64,000 bases of DNA from Candidatus Entotheonellaceae bacterium. Its GTDB lineage: Bacteria; Tectomicrobia; Entotheonellia; Entotheonellales; Entotheonellaceae. Positions 18,195-27,769 of the stretch are shown in pieces. Numbering within the stretch: position 1 is the first letter of the stretch; each line of letters opens with the position of its first letter. The position numbers and the translations under genes were made by a program. The notes below the pieces were generated by a model. The model made no database searches. It was not told where the DNA came from and saw only the letters and a program-made list of their open reading frames with translations. Location of the stretch: positions 3,232,001 through 3,296,000 of the forward strand of contig OZ250173.1 in the NCBI GenBank assembly GCA_965238075.1, read 5' to 3'.

Positions 18195-19172
18195 CTATTG
18201 CTCGACTTGGCGGGGATCGAGAATGTCCCGCAGGCCGTCGCCAAACAGGTTGAATCCCAGAACGGTGAGCGACAGCGCCAGACCCGGAAAAATGGTCAGC
18301 AGCGGGTAGGTTTCCATGAAATTCTTCGCCTCGTTGAGGTCGGCGCCCCACGCCGGAGTAGGTGGCTGCGCGCCGAGGCCCAGGAATGCCAGGGCGGCCT
18401 CGACGATGATCAGGAAGCCAACGGATACGCTGGCCTGCACGATGATGGGCGACAGGCAATTGGGGAGAATCTGCCGAAAGGTGATGTTGAGGTTGGAATC
18501 GCCGATGATGTGCGACGCCTCGACGTATTCTTTGGCCTTTTCGGACAGCACGCTGCCGCGCACCAGCCGTGCCAGCAGCGGCACCTGGGCGACCCCCAGC
18601 GCCATGATGAGCACCAGATCGCTGCCGCCAAAGATGGCCACGACCAGCAGGAAGAACAGAATGCCAGGTATCGCCAGCCAGGCATCGACGAGGCGCATGA
18701 TGATGTTGTCGAGGGGCACTCGGACCTGGCGGCCGGCGAGGCGCACGGTGATGGTGCCGTAATAACCGGACACGGCGCCAAGCGGCACGCCGAGCAGGAT
18801 GCCCAGCACCACGGCGGAGACGCTGATGACCATGGCCCGCCGGGCGCCGTGCACCACCCGCGACCAGATGTCGCGCCCAAAGGGGTCGGTACCGAACCAG
18901 TGCTCCCAACTGACGGGGGCCAGGGCGGTTTCGGTCATGCTGAAGGGATCGTGGCGGGCCAGGACGTCGGCGAAAATGGCGACCAGGACCATCACCAGAA
19001 CAATGAACGCGCCGCAGGAAGCCAGCTTGCTCTTCCACAATTCGCCGGCCATGTCTTTCAGGTAGGCCCCGGCGCGGCGTAGCCGGGTGATCAGGGTCGG
19101 CGCCTCAACCCTTATGTCCTCCTGATTCAGCAGGCGACTGCTGACGTCGCGTGCGACGCTGTCCGTAGCCAT
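18195..19172 (-). CDS. Peptide ABC permease (DppC/OppC)
   Basis: HWFGTDPFGRD, EYVEAS, EAALAFLGLG, FNLFGDGLRD. Confidence 0.93.
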   Translation of the reverse strand: MATDSVARDVSSRLLNQEDIRVEAPTLITRLRRAGAYLKDMAGELWKSKLASCGAFIVLVMVLVAIFADVLARHDPFSMTETALAPVSWEHWFGTDPFGRDIWSRVVHGARRAMVISVSAVVLGILLGVPLGAVSGYYGTITVRLAGRQVRVPLDNIIMRLVDAWLAIPGILFFLLVVAIFGGSDLVLIMALGVAQVPLLARLVRGSVLSEKAKEYVEASHIIGDSNLNITFRQILPNCLSPIIVQASVSVGFLIIVEAALAFLGLGAQPPTPAWGADLNEAKNFMETYPLLTIFPGLALSLTVLGFNLFGDGLRDILDPRQVEQ

Positions 19173-19200
19173 CAGCGTGTCTCCCCTCCCCCTGCCCGGT

Positions 19201-20151
19201 TCAACTCAGCTCGACGCGCGGGTTGACCAGGCGATACATCAGATCGACCACAAGGTTGATGCCGACGAAAAAGATGGCCAGAAGCATCACGGCACCCTGC
19301 AGTACCGGAAAGTCCCGCGCGTTGATGTGCTCGAAGATCAACAGCCCGATGCCCGGCCAGCCGAAGATGGTTTCGATGATGATGGTGCCGCCCAACTGGC
19401 GGGCGAACAGCAGGCCGACGATGGTGATGGTGGGAATCAGGGCGTTTTTGAGCGTGTACTTGAAGATAATCTTCCATTCCGGCAGGCCCTGCGCGCGGGC
19501 GGTGTAGACGTAGTCCTTGTTGAGCTCGTCCAGCATGCTGGAGCGGGTCATGCGGGTGGCCACGGCGCACGGGTACGCCGCCAGCACGATGGCCGGCATG
19601 ATGAAATGCTTCAGGCTGCCGAAAAAGTCCTGCATCGGGTCGACGTAGCCCATGCTCGGCAGCCAGCGCAGGCCGAGCGAGAACAGCAGGATCATCATCA
19701 GGGCGAGCCAGAAATTCGGCACCGTGAGGCCGAACACCGAGGTGCCCATGGCCACGTAATCGATCATGGTGTTCTTGCGCAGTGCCGCGATGGTGCCCAT
19801 GGGGATGGCCACCGCAATGGCGAGCACGACGGCGGCAAGGGCCAAGTATAAGGTGGCGGGAAAGCGCTCCATGATGAGGCCGCCGACCGGTAGCTGACTG
19901 TAGATCGATTCCCCGAAATCACCCTGAAGGGCGCGCCACAGCCAATCGAAATACTGCACCAGGACGGGGCGGTCGAGGCCCAATTCCTTTTCCAGGATGA
20001 GGCGGACTTCTTCGTCGAGGACTTCGTCGGGCGGCACCATCATTTCGATGGGTCCACCGGGCAGGAAGCGGAATATGAAAAAGACGAAAGCGGTGAGCAG
20101 AAACAGGATGGGAATGAGGTTCAGCAGGCGCCGCACGGTGTAGGCCAGCAT
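19201..20151 (-). CDS. Peptide ABC permease (DppB/OppB)
   Basis: GLDRP..QY, GDFGES, TARAQGL, IETIFGWPGIG, RDFPVLQG. Confidence 0.93.
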   Translation of the reverse strand: MLAYTVRRLLNLIPILFLLTAFVFFIFRFLPGGPIEMMVPPDEVLDEEVRLILEKELGLDRPVLVQYFDWLWRALQGDFGESIYSQLPVGGLIMERFPATLYLALAAVVLAIAVAIPMGTIAALRKNTMIDYVAMGTSVFGLTVPNFWLALMMILLFSLGLRWLPSMGYVDPMQDFFGSLKHFIMPAIVLAAYPCAVATRMTRSSMLDELNKDYVYTARAQGLPEWKIIFKYTLKNALIPTITIVGLLFARQLGGTIIIETIFGWPGIGLLIFEHINARDFPVLQGAVMLLAIFFVGINLVVDLMYRLVNPRVELS

Positions 20152-20335
20152 GATATCTCCCTTTTGAAGGCCCGACACTAAAAGCGGCGCCATTCTACAC
20201 ACAATTCCGGGCCGGACAAACGAGAAAAAGGCGGGCAAAACCGCGCTTCCGGCGGCTGGCGGGTATTCGGCAGGCGCTGGTGTCATAATAGGAAAAAACG
20301 GTTCACCGGTTCATCAAAATTGTTCGGAGGACACA

Positions 20336-21892
20336 ATGGCGGAACAGGCGGCACCCTATTCCCCGGCCAGGAAATGGCTGATTTCGGCCACAGTGATGCT
20401 GGCAACGTATGTCTCGGTGATTGATCTGACCATTGTCAACGTGGCGATGCCGCAGATGATGGGCACCTTCGGGGTGACGCTGGATGCCATCACCTGGGTG
20501 GCGGTGTCGTACAGCATCGCCGAAATCGTCATGGTGACCATGGCCTCCTGGTTCACCAGGCTGCTGGGGCGCAAGCGCTTTTACCTGTATTGTCTGGGCC
20601 TGTTCACGGTCGCCTCGGTGCTCAGCGGCCTGGCGCGTTCGCTGGAGATGATGATCATCACCCGCCTGCTGCAGGGCCTCGGCGGCGGCGCGCTGATTCC
20701 CATGGCGCAGGCCATCATGCTGGAGATCTTCCCGGCGGAAAAGCGCGGCACGGCGATGGCGGTGTTCATGATGGGTGTGGTGCTGGCGCCTGCCATGGGG
20801 CCGGTGCTGGGCGGCTGGTTGACCGATGCCTACGGTTGGCCGTGGATCTTCTACATCAACATTCCCATCGGTGTGCTCAGCGTTCTTCTGGTACTGGCCT
20901 TCCTGCCCGAGGCGTCGTATTACGAGCGCGGCCTGGCGCGCATTGACGTGGTCGGCATCGTCCTGCTGGTGGTCGGACTGACGACCCTGCAGTTGTTCCT
21001 CGAACGCGGCGAGCGCGAGGATTGGTTCCAATCGACCTTCATCATCTGCGCCGCGGCGATTACGCTGGTGTCGCTGACGGCGCTGGTGCTGTGGGAGTTG
21101 TGGGTCGAGGAGCCGGTGGTCAACCTGCGGGTGCTTAAGAACCTGCCCTTCGTCGGTGGCGTGTCGATGGGGCTGTTCTTCGGCCTCACCACTTTCGGCA
21201 GCATCTTTATTCTCCCCTTGTTCCTACAGCAGATTCGCGGTTACACGGTACTGGATTCCGGCCTCATTCAGATGCCGCGCATGCTGGTCGTGCTGTTCGT
21301 GGCGCCCATTGCCGGAAAGGTCTACGGACGCCTGGATAACCGCCTGTTGGCCTTCTTCGGCACCGCCATCATGATGGCCGGGTATCTCGACATGTCGCGC
21401 TTCACGCTGGAGGTCGGCTGGGAGCGCATGCTGCCAGGACTGCTGCTGACCGGCGCCGGCATGGCGTTCCTGTTCAGCGTGCTGTCGGCCGCGACCATGA
21501 GCACCATTCCGCCGTCGCAGTTGATCGCCGCCGCCGGGATGTTCACGCTGTCGCGCCGCATTGGCGGTAATATCGGTTATGCCTTCGTGGCCAATCAGAT
21601 CACGCGCCGCGCCACGTTCCACCGCGCCCGGCTGGTGGATCACGTGACGCCCTACGACGCCGAGACCGCGCGGACGTTGGACGGTCTGACGGGCAGTCTG
21701 ACGGCCCGCGGTTTGCCGCCCGGCACGGCGGAGTCGAGCGCCTTGCAGCTCCTGGAAAACGTCGTGGACCGCCAGGCCACCATGATGGCGTACAACGACG
21801 TGTTCTGGATGATGGGCATGATGTTCGTGTTCGGCCTGCCGTTCCTGCTGCTGCTTGGCAGCGGCACCACGCCGGCGGCGCGCAAAGGCTGA
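20336..21892 (+). CDS. DHA2 (EmrB/QacA) MFS efflux permease
   Basis: DLTIVNVAMP, GRKR, GPVLGGWLTD..GWPWIFYINIPIG; 14-TM pattern. Confidence 0.93.
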   Translation: MAEQAAPYSPARKWLISATVMLATYVSVIDLTIVNVAMPQMMGTFGVTLDAITWVAVSYSIAEIVMVTMASWFTRLLGRKRFYLYCLGLFTVASVLSGLARSLEMMIITRLLQGLGGGALIPMAQAIMLEIFPAEKRGTAMAVFMMGVVLAPAMGPVLGGWLTDAYGWPWIFYINIPIGVLSVLLVLAFLPEASYYERGLARIDVVGIVLLVVGLTTLQLFLERGEREDWFQSTFIICAAAITLVSLTALVLWELWVEEPVVNLRVLKNLPFVGGVSMGLFFGLTTFGSIFILPLFLQQIRGYTVLDSGLIQMPRMLVVLFVAPIAGKVYGRLDNRLLAFFGTAIMMAGYLDMSRFTLEVGWERMLPGLLLTGAGMAFLFSVLSAATMSTIPPSQLIAAAGMFTLSRRIGGNIGYAFVANQITRRATFHRARLVDHVTPYDAETARTLDGLTGSLTARGLPPGTAESSALQLLENVVDRQATMMAYNDVFWMMGMMFVFGLPFLLLLGSGTTPAARKG

Positions 21893-21916
21893 ACGGATTC
21901 AAACATTGGACGGGTT

Positions 21917-22372
21917 ATGGCGGACAGCGACGTGTTGGGCTACGGCGGGTTGTTTCTGGGGTCATTCCTGGCGCCAACGATCCTGCCTCTGAACTCGGAG
22001 GCCGTGCTGGCTGCCATGGTGCTCGGCGGATTCGATCCTGTCGCGTGCGTGCTGGTGGCCTCCGTCGGCAATTCCCTGGGCGGCATGACGTCTTACTTCA
22101 TGGGTTACGTCGGCAAGTGGGCATGGGTGGAGCGGCTGTTTGCCCGCAATCAAGACAAGGTTGCCAAGGTGAAGGCGTGGGCAGACCGCTATGGCAGCCG
22201 TGCTGCCCTGTTTTGCTGGCTGCCGGTCGTGGGCGATCCGCTCGCCGTCGCCTTGGGATTCGCGCGCAGCCCCGTTTGGCAGGTCGGTTTCTACATGCTG
22301 GCCGGCAAATTCCTCAGATACGCCGTCTGGGTCTGGCTCATCCGCCAGGGGGCGCGCCTTTTCGGTCCGTAA
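21917..22372 (+). CDS. yqaA: YqaA-type DedA family membrane protein
   Basis: SFLAPTILPLNSEA, GNSLGG, WLPVVGDPL, GKFLRY. Confidence 0.88.
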   Translation: MADSDVLGYGGLFLGSFLAPTILPLNSEAVLAAMVLGGFDPVACVLVASVGNSLGGMTSYFMGYVGKWAWVERLFARNQDKVAKVKAWADRYGSRAALFCWLPVVGDPLAVALGFARSPVWQVGFYMLAGKFLRYAVWVWLIRQGARLFGP

Positions 22373-22377
22373 CGGCC

Positions 22378-24126
22378 TCACTTCCCCTGTAAACGCCTCA
22401 GTTGCTCCATTTCCAGCGCAAACCACAAGGCCATGGAACCGCCGCGGTTATCGTGACCGAAGACCGCCGGGCGGTCCAGGTACGCTTGCAGGCTGTCCTG
22501 AGCGCCGGTGTCGGTGCAGCAATCGACCAGGCCGCCGGCGTCGTCGATGCGCTCGGTGACACCTCGCCAGGCGCGGTCCACCGAATCCCTGTATGACTCG
22601 TCCAGCCAGCCGCGGCGCAGGGCGCGGGTCATGGCGTAACCCGTCATGCAGGTGGCGGTGAACTCGAGATACGAACCGGGCGTATCCAGAACCTGCGGGT
22701 ACATGCCGGAGGCGTGCTGACGGCTGCGCAAGGCTTCCAGGTGACGTACGTGTTGGTCGATCAACGCCCCGCGGTCGGGATGATCCTCGGGCAGATACGT
22801 CAGCGTTTCGGCGTAGCCCAGTGCGGCGAAGCCGTTGCCGCGTCCCCAGAACCAGGGCGTCGAGCGAGCGTGCCAGAACAAGCCGTCGTCCTGCTGGGTG
22901 CGGGCGCTGAGCAGGAACCGGGTGAGCAGGTCGAGGTAGCGAGTCTCACCGCTGAGCCGGAAGGCGCGGCCCAGCATGGCGCCGTTCATGAACATGTCTT
23001 CGGTGCGGAAATCGGCGTCAGACGGCGGCGGTGCGCCCCCGTCGGTGCCGGGCTGGTAGCGGTCGGCCATCTGCACGACCAGATCGGCATAGCGGCGTTC
23101 GCGGGTCGAATCGGCGAGTTGCATGGCCCATATCAATCCCGCCAATGCGGGGGTGCCGGGCTCGCCTTCAAACCACGGCTTGTCGCCGTCCACGTAGGGC
23201 GCCACGACCTCCGCGATGGCCGCCGACGGGTTGGAATAGGTAGGGTCAAGGCGCGCCAGCCGCAGCCGCGCGCTGAGGCTCATGCCTTGCGTATACACCA
23301 CGGGTTCGAGGCTGTGGCCGTAAATGGTGGCCAGCAGGCGGGCGATGCCCAGGGGCGTCCGAGTGCTGCGATTGTACAGTTCCCGTCGCGCCGGTGAGGT
23401 GCGCAGACCAGGGGTTTGCTGCAGCACCGACCACAGACGGCCTAGTTCCTCCCGCAACGCGGCGGCGGGTGTGGTGAGCCGCAGGCCGGGCACGGCGCCA
23501 AGGCCGTTTGCCATGTGGCTGCCGAGCGCCGCCAGGAGGCTGCCGGCGGTCTCTTCCATTCGGGTGGCCTCGATGGTGGGCAATAACAGGGTCGCTGAGG
23601 CCGAAGATACCCACGACACTTCCTCCCCGGCTTGGACCTCCAGGATGAGATCGGGTGCTTGCAGGCCGATCCAACGCCACAGATACCTCTGCTCGGGGTT
23701 GCGGCGATCGTTGAAGAAACCCACGATGGGTGGATAATTCTCGGCGGGACGCCCGCCGGCGCCGTTCTCAGGCGCGACGCCCAGAGCCATGCCGTCCGGA
23801 TTGGCGCACGGCACGGCGCTCAGGGCCACGGTGTCGCTCAGTGTCTCGCCGCCGTCGAGGTATATCTTCATGGCATCCAGAGCCAGTGCGGTGTCGGCCT
23901 TTTCGCCGGACAAGCCACTGAGCAGCAATACGCGGGTGCGGGGCGTTTCCGTCACGTACGCCTCGCCGTGCAGCAGTGCCGGGATGGCCGTCTGGGAGCG
24001 CGTCAAGCCCGCCGCATCCAGGCTCCACAGGCCGTTGGCGGCGGCGATCAGTTGTTGCAGGTCTTTCATGATGGGTAAGGACTTCGACTCCATGCGGCTC
24101 CATTCTCTAGGCAAGTTGGTAATCAC
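22378..24126 (-). CDS. Fusion of a degenerate M14 carboxypeptidase-like domain and a GH105/GH88 unsaturated glycuronyl hydrolase
   Basis: N-terminus RVLLLSGLSGE..VPCANPDG..PDLILEV; C-terminus EDMFM, GLFWH, WFWGRGNG, YLEFTATCM. Confidence 0.7.
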   Translation of the reverse strand: MITNLPREWSRMESKSLPIMKDLQQLIAAANGLWSLDAAGLTRSQTAIPALLHGEAYVTETPRTRVLLLSGLSGEKADTALALDAMKIYLDGGETLSDTVALSAVPCANPDGMALGVAPENGAGGRPAENYPPIVGFFNDRRNPEQRYLWRWIGLQAPDLILEVQAGEEVSWVSSASATLLLPTIEATRMEETAGSLLAALGSHMANGLGAVPGLRLTTPAAALREELGRLWSVLQQTPGLRTSPARRELYNRSTRTPLGIARLLATIYGHSLEPVVYTQGMSLSARLRLARLDPTYSNPSAAIAEVVAPYVDGDKPWFEGEPGTPALAGLIWAMQLADSTRERRYADLVVQMADRYQPGTDGGAPPPSDADFRTEDMFMNGAMLGRAFRLSGETRYLDLLTRFLLSARTQQDDGLFWHARSTPWFWGRGNGFAALGYAETLTYLPEDHPDRGALIDQHVRHLEALRSRQHASGMYPQVLDTPGSYLEFTATCMTGYAMTRALRRGWLDESYRDSVDRAWRGVTERIDDAGGLVDCCTDTGAQDSLQAYLDRPAVFGHDNRGGSMALWFALEMEQLRRLQGK

Positions 24127-24199
24127 GTTTGCGTGTCCGCTCTGGCGGCATTGCTTCTTGTCAGCGGCGCGCCACTTGGTAGCACGGGGTTCGACGCGA

Positions 24200-24219
24200 T
24201 GTCAAACGCGGGCTTGACA
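24200..24219. promoter_or_regulatory. TGTCAA-N8-TTGACA palindrome in a divergent promoter (back-to-back -35 boxes or operator)
   Basis: Perfect 6-bp inverted repeat between the GH105 fusion and the LDI-like gene. Confidence 0.4.
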
Positions 24220-24290
24220 CGCCGCACGGGGGTGCCGGAAGCTGGCAGGTTGAAATCGAACGAATCGGGGCATCTGACTTGGAGACGAGG

Positions 24291-25817
24291 ATGAGCCAGA
24301 CCGTCGCGGGATACTCCGCCACTTCGGCGCGCTGCCGGGGCTGGCTGCGTTATTTGTACCGCAAGGCCACCACGCCGGACGATTGGAGCAAGGAGGGGCG
24401 GCCGCACCCGCATTGGGATGCGGTCAGCAACGAGCCGACGCTGTCGTGGCACCGTTTCGACCTGATCGAGTCGAGCTATGCGGTCGCTCTGATGGCCGAC
24501 GCCACGCCCGCCTGGCGCGAGGTTTACAGCCGTGTGCTGGATGAGTTGATCCATCGCCACACCGGTTACTGGGCGGCCAAGGACTGGCTGGAACAGATCG
24601 GCCCCGACCCGCGGCGGGCGTCGTACCCCGAGGCGTGGTACGCGTATTACATGGCTCCGGAACTGCGCGGCAACTACGACGTGCCGGGCTGGACGGCCAA
24701 CGGCGTCGAGCCGTGGGGACTGCAGATGGATCCCATCGGCGCCGACGGCAATCTGTTTTTCAAAGGCTTCTTTCTGTTGATGCTCGGGCTGCACCGGTAC
24801 GTTTCGGGAGACGGCAAGTGGGAGCAGCCGTTCGAGATGATCCGCGACGGGGCCCATACGTTCACGTGGTCGCACCGCGCGATCGCCGAATTACTGGCCG
24901 ATCAGTGGGGCCCGCGGCACGAGGGGTGTCACTGCGAGAACACCAAAATCTGGCCCGTTTGACTGAGCGCCGCCGGCCTCGGTCTGGGGCTTTTCGACAC
25001 GCTTTTCGGCACCGGTTTGCATGGGGTGTTCGAGCATTGGTGGTCGCACGCCGAAACGCATTACGTGGGGCTGCGGGACGGCAAGCTGGGCGGCACCCTG
25101 ACCCTGTATTACGACCCCATCCTGCGTTACGACCACCGCCGCGGTCCCGAAAGCGCCCTGATGATGGCGGTCTACCTCGCGCCGCAGAAGCCTGAAGTGG
25201 CGGAGCTGATTTTCGCCGCCGCCGCCGCACGCCTCGGCTGGACGACCGACGCCCCGCTGCGCGAGCCGCGCGGCAATCCCCGTTTTACCTTGTGGGGCCT
25301 CATTCTGGCCCGCGAGTTTGGTGAAGGCGCTATCTACGACAAGCTCGCAGCCCATTGCGAAACGCACCACGAGCCCACCTGGAATGGCGCTGCCGGCGAG
25401 TTCACCTGGGGGTTCGGACTCAACGAGTCCCATCCGCGCGGTCAATTCAACGCCACCCGGATGATGGCCGAAGCTCTGTCGGAGGGCGCCTGGCGGCGGC
25501 TGTTCAACGCGTCCAACTTCCGCAAATTCGAAGAGCCTACGGTGTATGGCGTCGATTTCCCGACCGTCTGCCTCTCGCAGGCCCGCTATGAAGCTGGCCG
25601 CGGCCGCCTCGTTATCGCCACCGACGCCGGCCGGCCCCACGCTGCCGGCCAGCCGACGGCATTCCGCGTCGCCAACATCGACCCCGCTTCGTGCCAAGTC
25701 GAAATCGACGGCCGTCTATCCGACGCCTGCCGCATCGTTGAGGGCGACCTGGAGATTACCACCACCGTCGCGGAGCACGTCATCCTGGTCACGCATGAGG
25801 CCGGTGGCCTTACGTAA
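24291..25817 (+). CDS. Linalool dehydratase/isomerase-family protein, predicted selenoprotein (Sec at UGA 24960-24962), 508 aa
   Basis: ORFs 24279..24962 and 25017..25817 are in the same frame, separated only by one TGA. LDI-like motifs: DPIGADGNLFFKGFFLLMLGLH..VSG, CENTKIWPV(U), LAREFG. SECIS-like hairpin directly 3' of the UGA. Confidence 0.82.
24963..24991 (+). promoter_or_regulatory. Bacterial SECIS element
   Basis: Stem GGCCUC/GGGGCU (24975-80 with 24986-91) with a GGUCU apical loop; GGUCUG occupies +19..+24 after the UGA. Confidence 0.72.
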
Positions 25818-25901
25818 GTCGGGTGTAATACGGCATTCCAATTCAGATGCAAGCCATGTTCTGGTCACGCGTTCGGGGAGTATGTAATTAAGGCAATCTC
25901 T

Positions 25902-26258
25902 GTGATTGCCGTGTCTGTCTGTGTGGGTTTTCTGCTGAACGGATTCGCCGTGGCCGAGGAGAAATCGACCGATGCCATCGTTTCGGATCACATGGTCGCG
26001 GAGGCGATGCTGACGGCCCATTTCATCGTCGCCGCACTCAAGGCCGGGATGAGTACTGACGACATCAATGCCGTGCTGGCCAAGGTGGCGGCGCAAACGG
26101 TGATTTCGGAGTTCTGGATCAGTGACGAAACGGGCCGCATCGTCTTCAGCGATATCCAGGGGGCGCCGTCTGCAGAGTTCCTGAGCGGCGACAAGACGGT
26201 TGTCGTCCAAGGTGTAGAGCCGCGCGAACTAGATGCCGCTCCCCGAAGAACGCATTGA
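25902..26258 (+). pseudogene. Truncated secreted sensor (Cache-like) protein fragment
   Basis: Signal peptide and ISEFWISDETGRIVFS, then abrupt loss of coding character. Confidence 0.4.
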
Positions 26259-26409
26259 GACACTGGTCGTGGCCATATGAGAGGATTTGTGCAGCCTGGG
26301 CTGCGGTTCTTTTCGTGCCAAGCGTGTGGTAGGATGCCGCCCATTAAGTTCGGGTTAGGGTATAATCCGGCTTCAGAAGGTCGAGGCACAAGCAAGGGGG
26401 GAGGAAATC

Positions 26410-27765
26410 ATGGCTGGTCAGCGTCCATCGCCATTGCTCAGCGCGGCCATGCCGCGCCGTCGTTTTCTGCACACGCTCGGCGCCGCGGGCGGGGTGGCAC
26501 TGCTGGGGTCCGCCGGCATGCCGCAGCGGGTGTACGCCCGCAAGGGCACGATTCGCATTTTCAACAACGAGACGGACCCCGACACCATTGCCTTCCTGAA
26601 AGCAATGGCCAAGACCTACCGGGCCGAAACCGGCGTGCGGGTGAAGATCGAAACCGTGCCGGTGATGCAGACGGTTACCAAGGTGACCACCGCCATCAAG
26701 GCTGGTAAACCGTACGACTTCCTCATCTACTTTACCAACCTGGCCATCCTGCTGGCCGAGGAGGGCCAGCTCGTCCCCCTTACCGACATCATTCGCGAAG
26801 TTGGCGAGGCGGATTTCGGGCCGCGCGCCCTGCGCTTGTTCCAGGACAACTACTGGCTCTACCCCTACGATTACAACTTCAACTACCTGCTCTACCGAAA
26901 AGACTTGTTCGCCGAGAAGGGCTTGGCGGTGCCCAACGACTGGGACGAGTTTCTGGAAGTGCTCCGCGCCCTCAACGACCCGGCCAGCAAGCGTTACGCC
27001 ATCACCCTGCCTTTCGGCGGGTTACACACCAATTGGGGCAACACGGCATTCCTGTGGGCTGCCGGGGTGCAGTTTTACGACAACGAGTGGAACGTCACGC
27101 TGGATTCCGACGACATCAAGCCGCGGGCTATCCGAACGCTTGAATTCCTCGTCGAGGTGGCGAAATACACGCCGCCGGGACCGATGGAAACGAGCCTGAA
27201 GGACATGCTGATCAACTTCTCGTCCGGCCTGTCGGCGATCACCTCTTACACCGGCCGCGCCATCCACACCATTGAAGACCGCAATCCGGAACTGGCCGAC
27301 AAATACGGCATCATGTCCTATCCGGGGCCCGACGGCGGGCGCCGGGCGGTGACGTACGGGGACGACGGCTTCTCCATCGGCAAGACGGAAAATTCCGAAT
27401 TGACGGTGGATTTTTTCCGCTGGTTCCTCGCCACCGATCGCCTGATTGATTATCAGCTCACGGTACCGCTGCATTACCAGCCGACGCAGTTCTCCACCTA
27501 CGAGAACGAGAAATGGCGCAGCCACCCGCTGATCGAGAAGCACTGGGAAGCCATTGAAACGATGCGCGGATTCATGAACACGGATACGACGCTGGCAGGC
27601 TCCATCGATTTTCAGGGCCCCAAACCGTCGCCGAACCATGCACGCCTCGCGATAGCCGGCGTCATTCCCAAGATGTACCAGCGGGTGCTGATGAAACGCA
27701 TGACCCCGAGCGAGGCCGTGGACGCCGCGGCCGAGGAAATCCGAGGCTTTACCACGAGGAGCTGA
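26410..27765 (+). CDS. Sugar (CUT1) ABC transporter substrate-binding protein, Tat-exported
   Basis: PRRRFL signal; LLYRKDLFAEKGLAVPNDWDE. Confidence 0.9.
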   Translation: MAGQRPSPLLSAAMPRRRFLHTLGAAGGVALLGSAGMPQRVYARKGTIRIFNNETDPDTIAFLKAMAKTYRAETGVRVKIETVPVMQTVTKVTTAIKAGKPYDFLIYFTNLAILLAEEGQLVPLTDIIREVGEADFGPRALRLFQDNYWLYPYDYNFNYLLYRKDLFAEKGLAVPNDWDEFLEVLRALNDPASKRYAITLPFGGLHTNWGNTAFLWAAGVQFYDNEWNVTLDSDDIKPRAIRTLEFLVEVAKYTPPGPMETSLKDMLINFSSGLSAITSYTGRAIHTIEDRNPELADKYGIMSYPGPDGGRRAVTYGDDGFSIGKTENSELTVDFFRWFLATDRLIDYQLTVPLHYQPTQFSTYENEKWRSHPLIEKHWEAIETMRGFMNTDTTLAGSIDFQGPKPSPNHARLAIAGVIPKMYQRVLMKRMTPSEAVDAAAEEIRGFTTRS

Positions 27766-27769
27766 GGCC

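Noticed and set aside
24960-24962. UGA as genome-wide Trp/Gly reassignment or a simple nonsense mutation
   Set aside because: TGA terminates many normal genes here and Trp uses TGG. The catalytic-Cys register plus the SECIS favour Sec, though mutation is not fully excluded.
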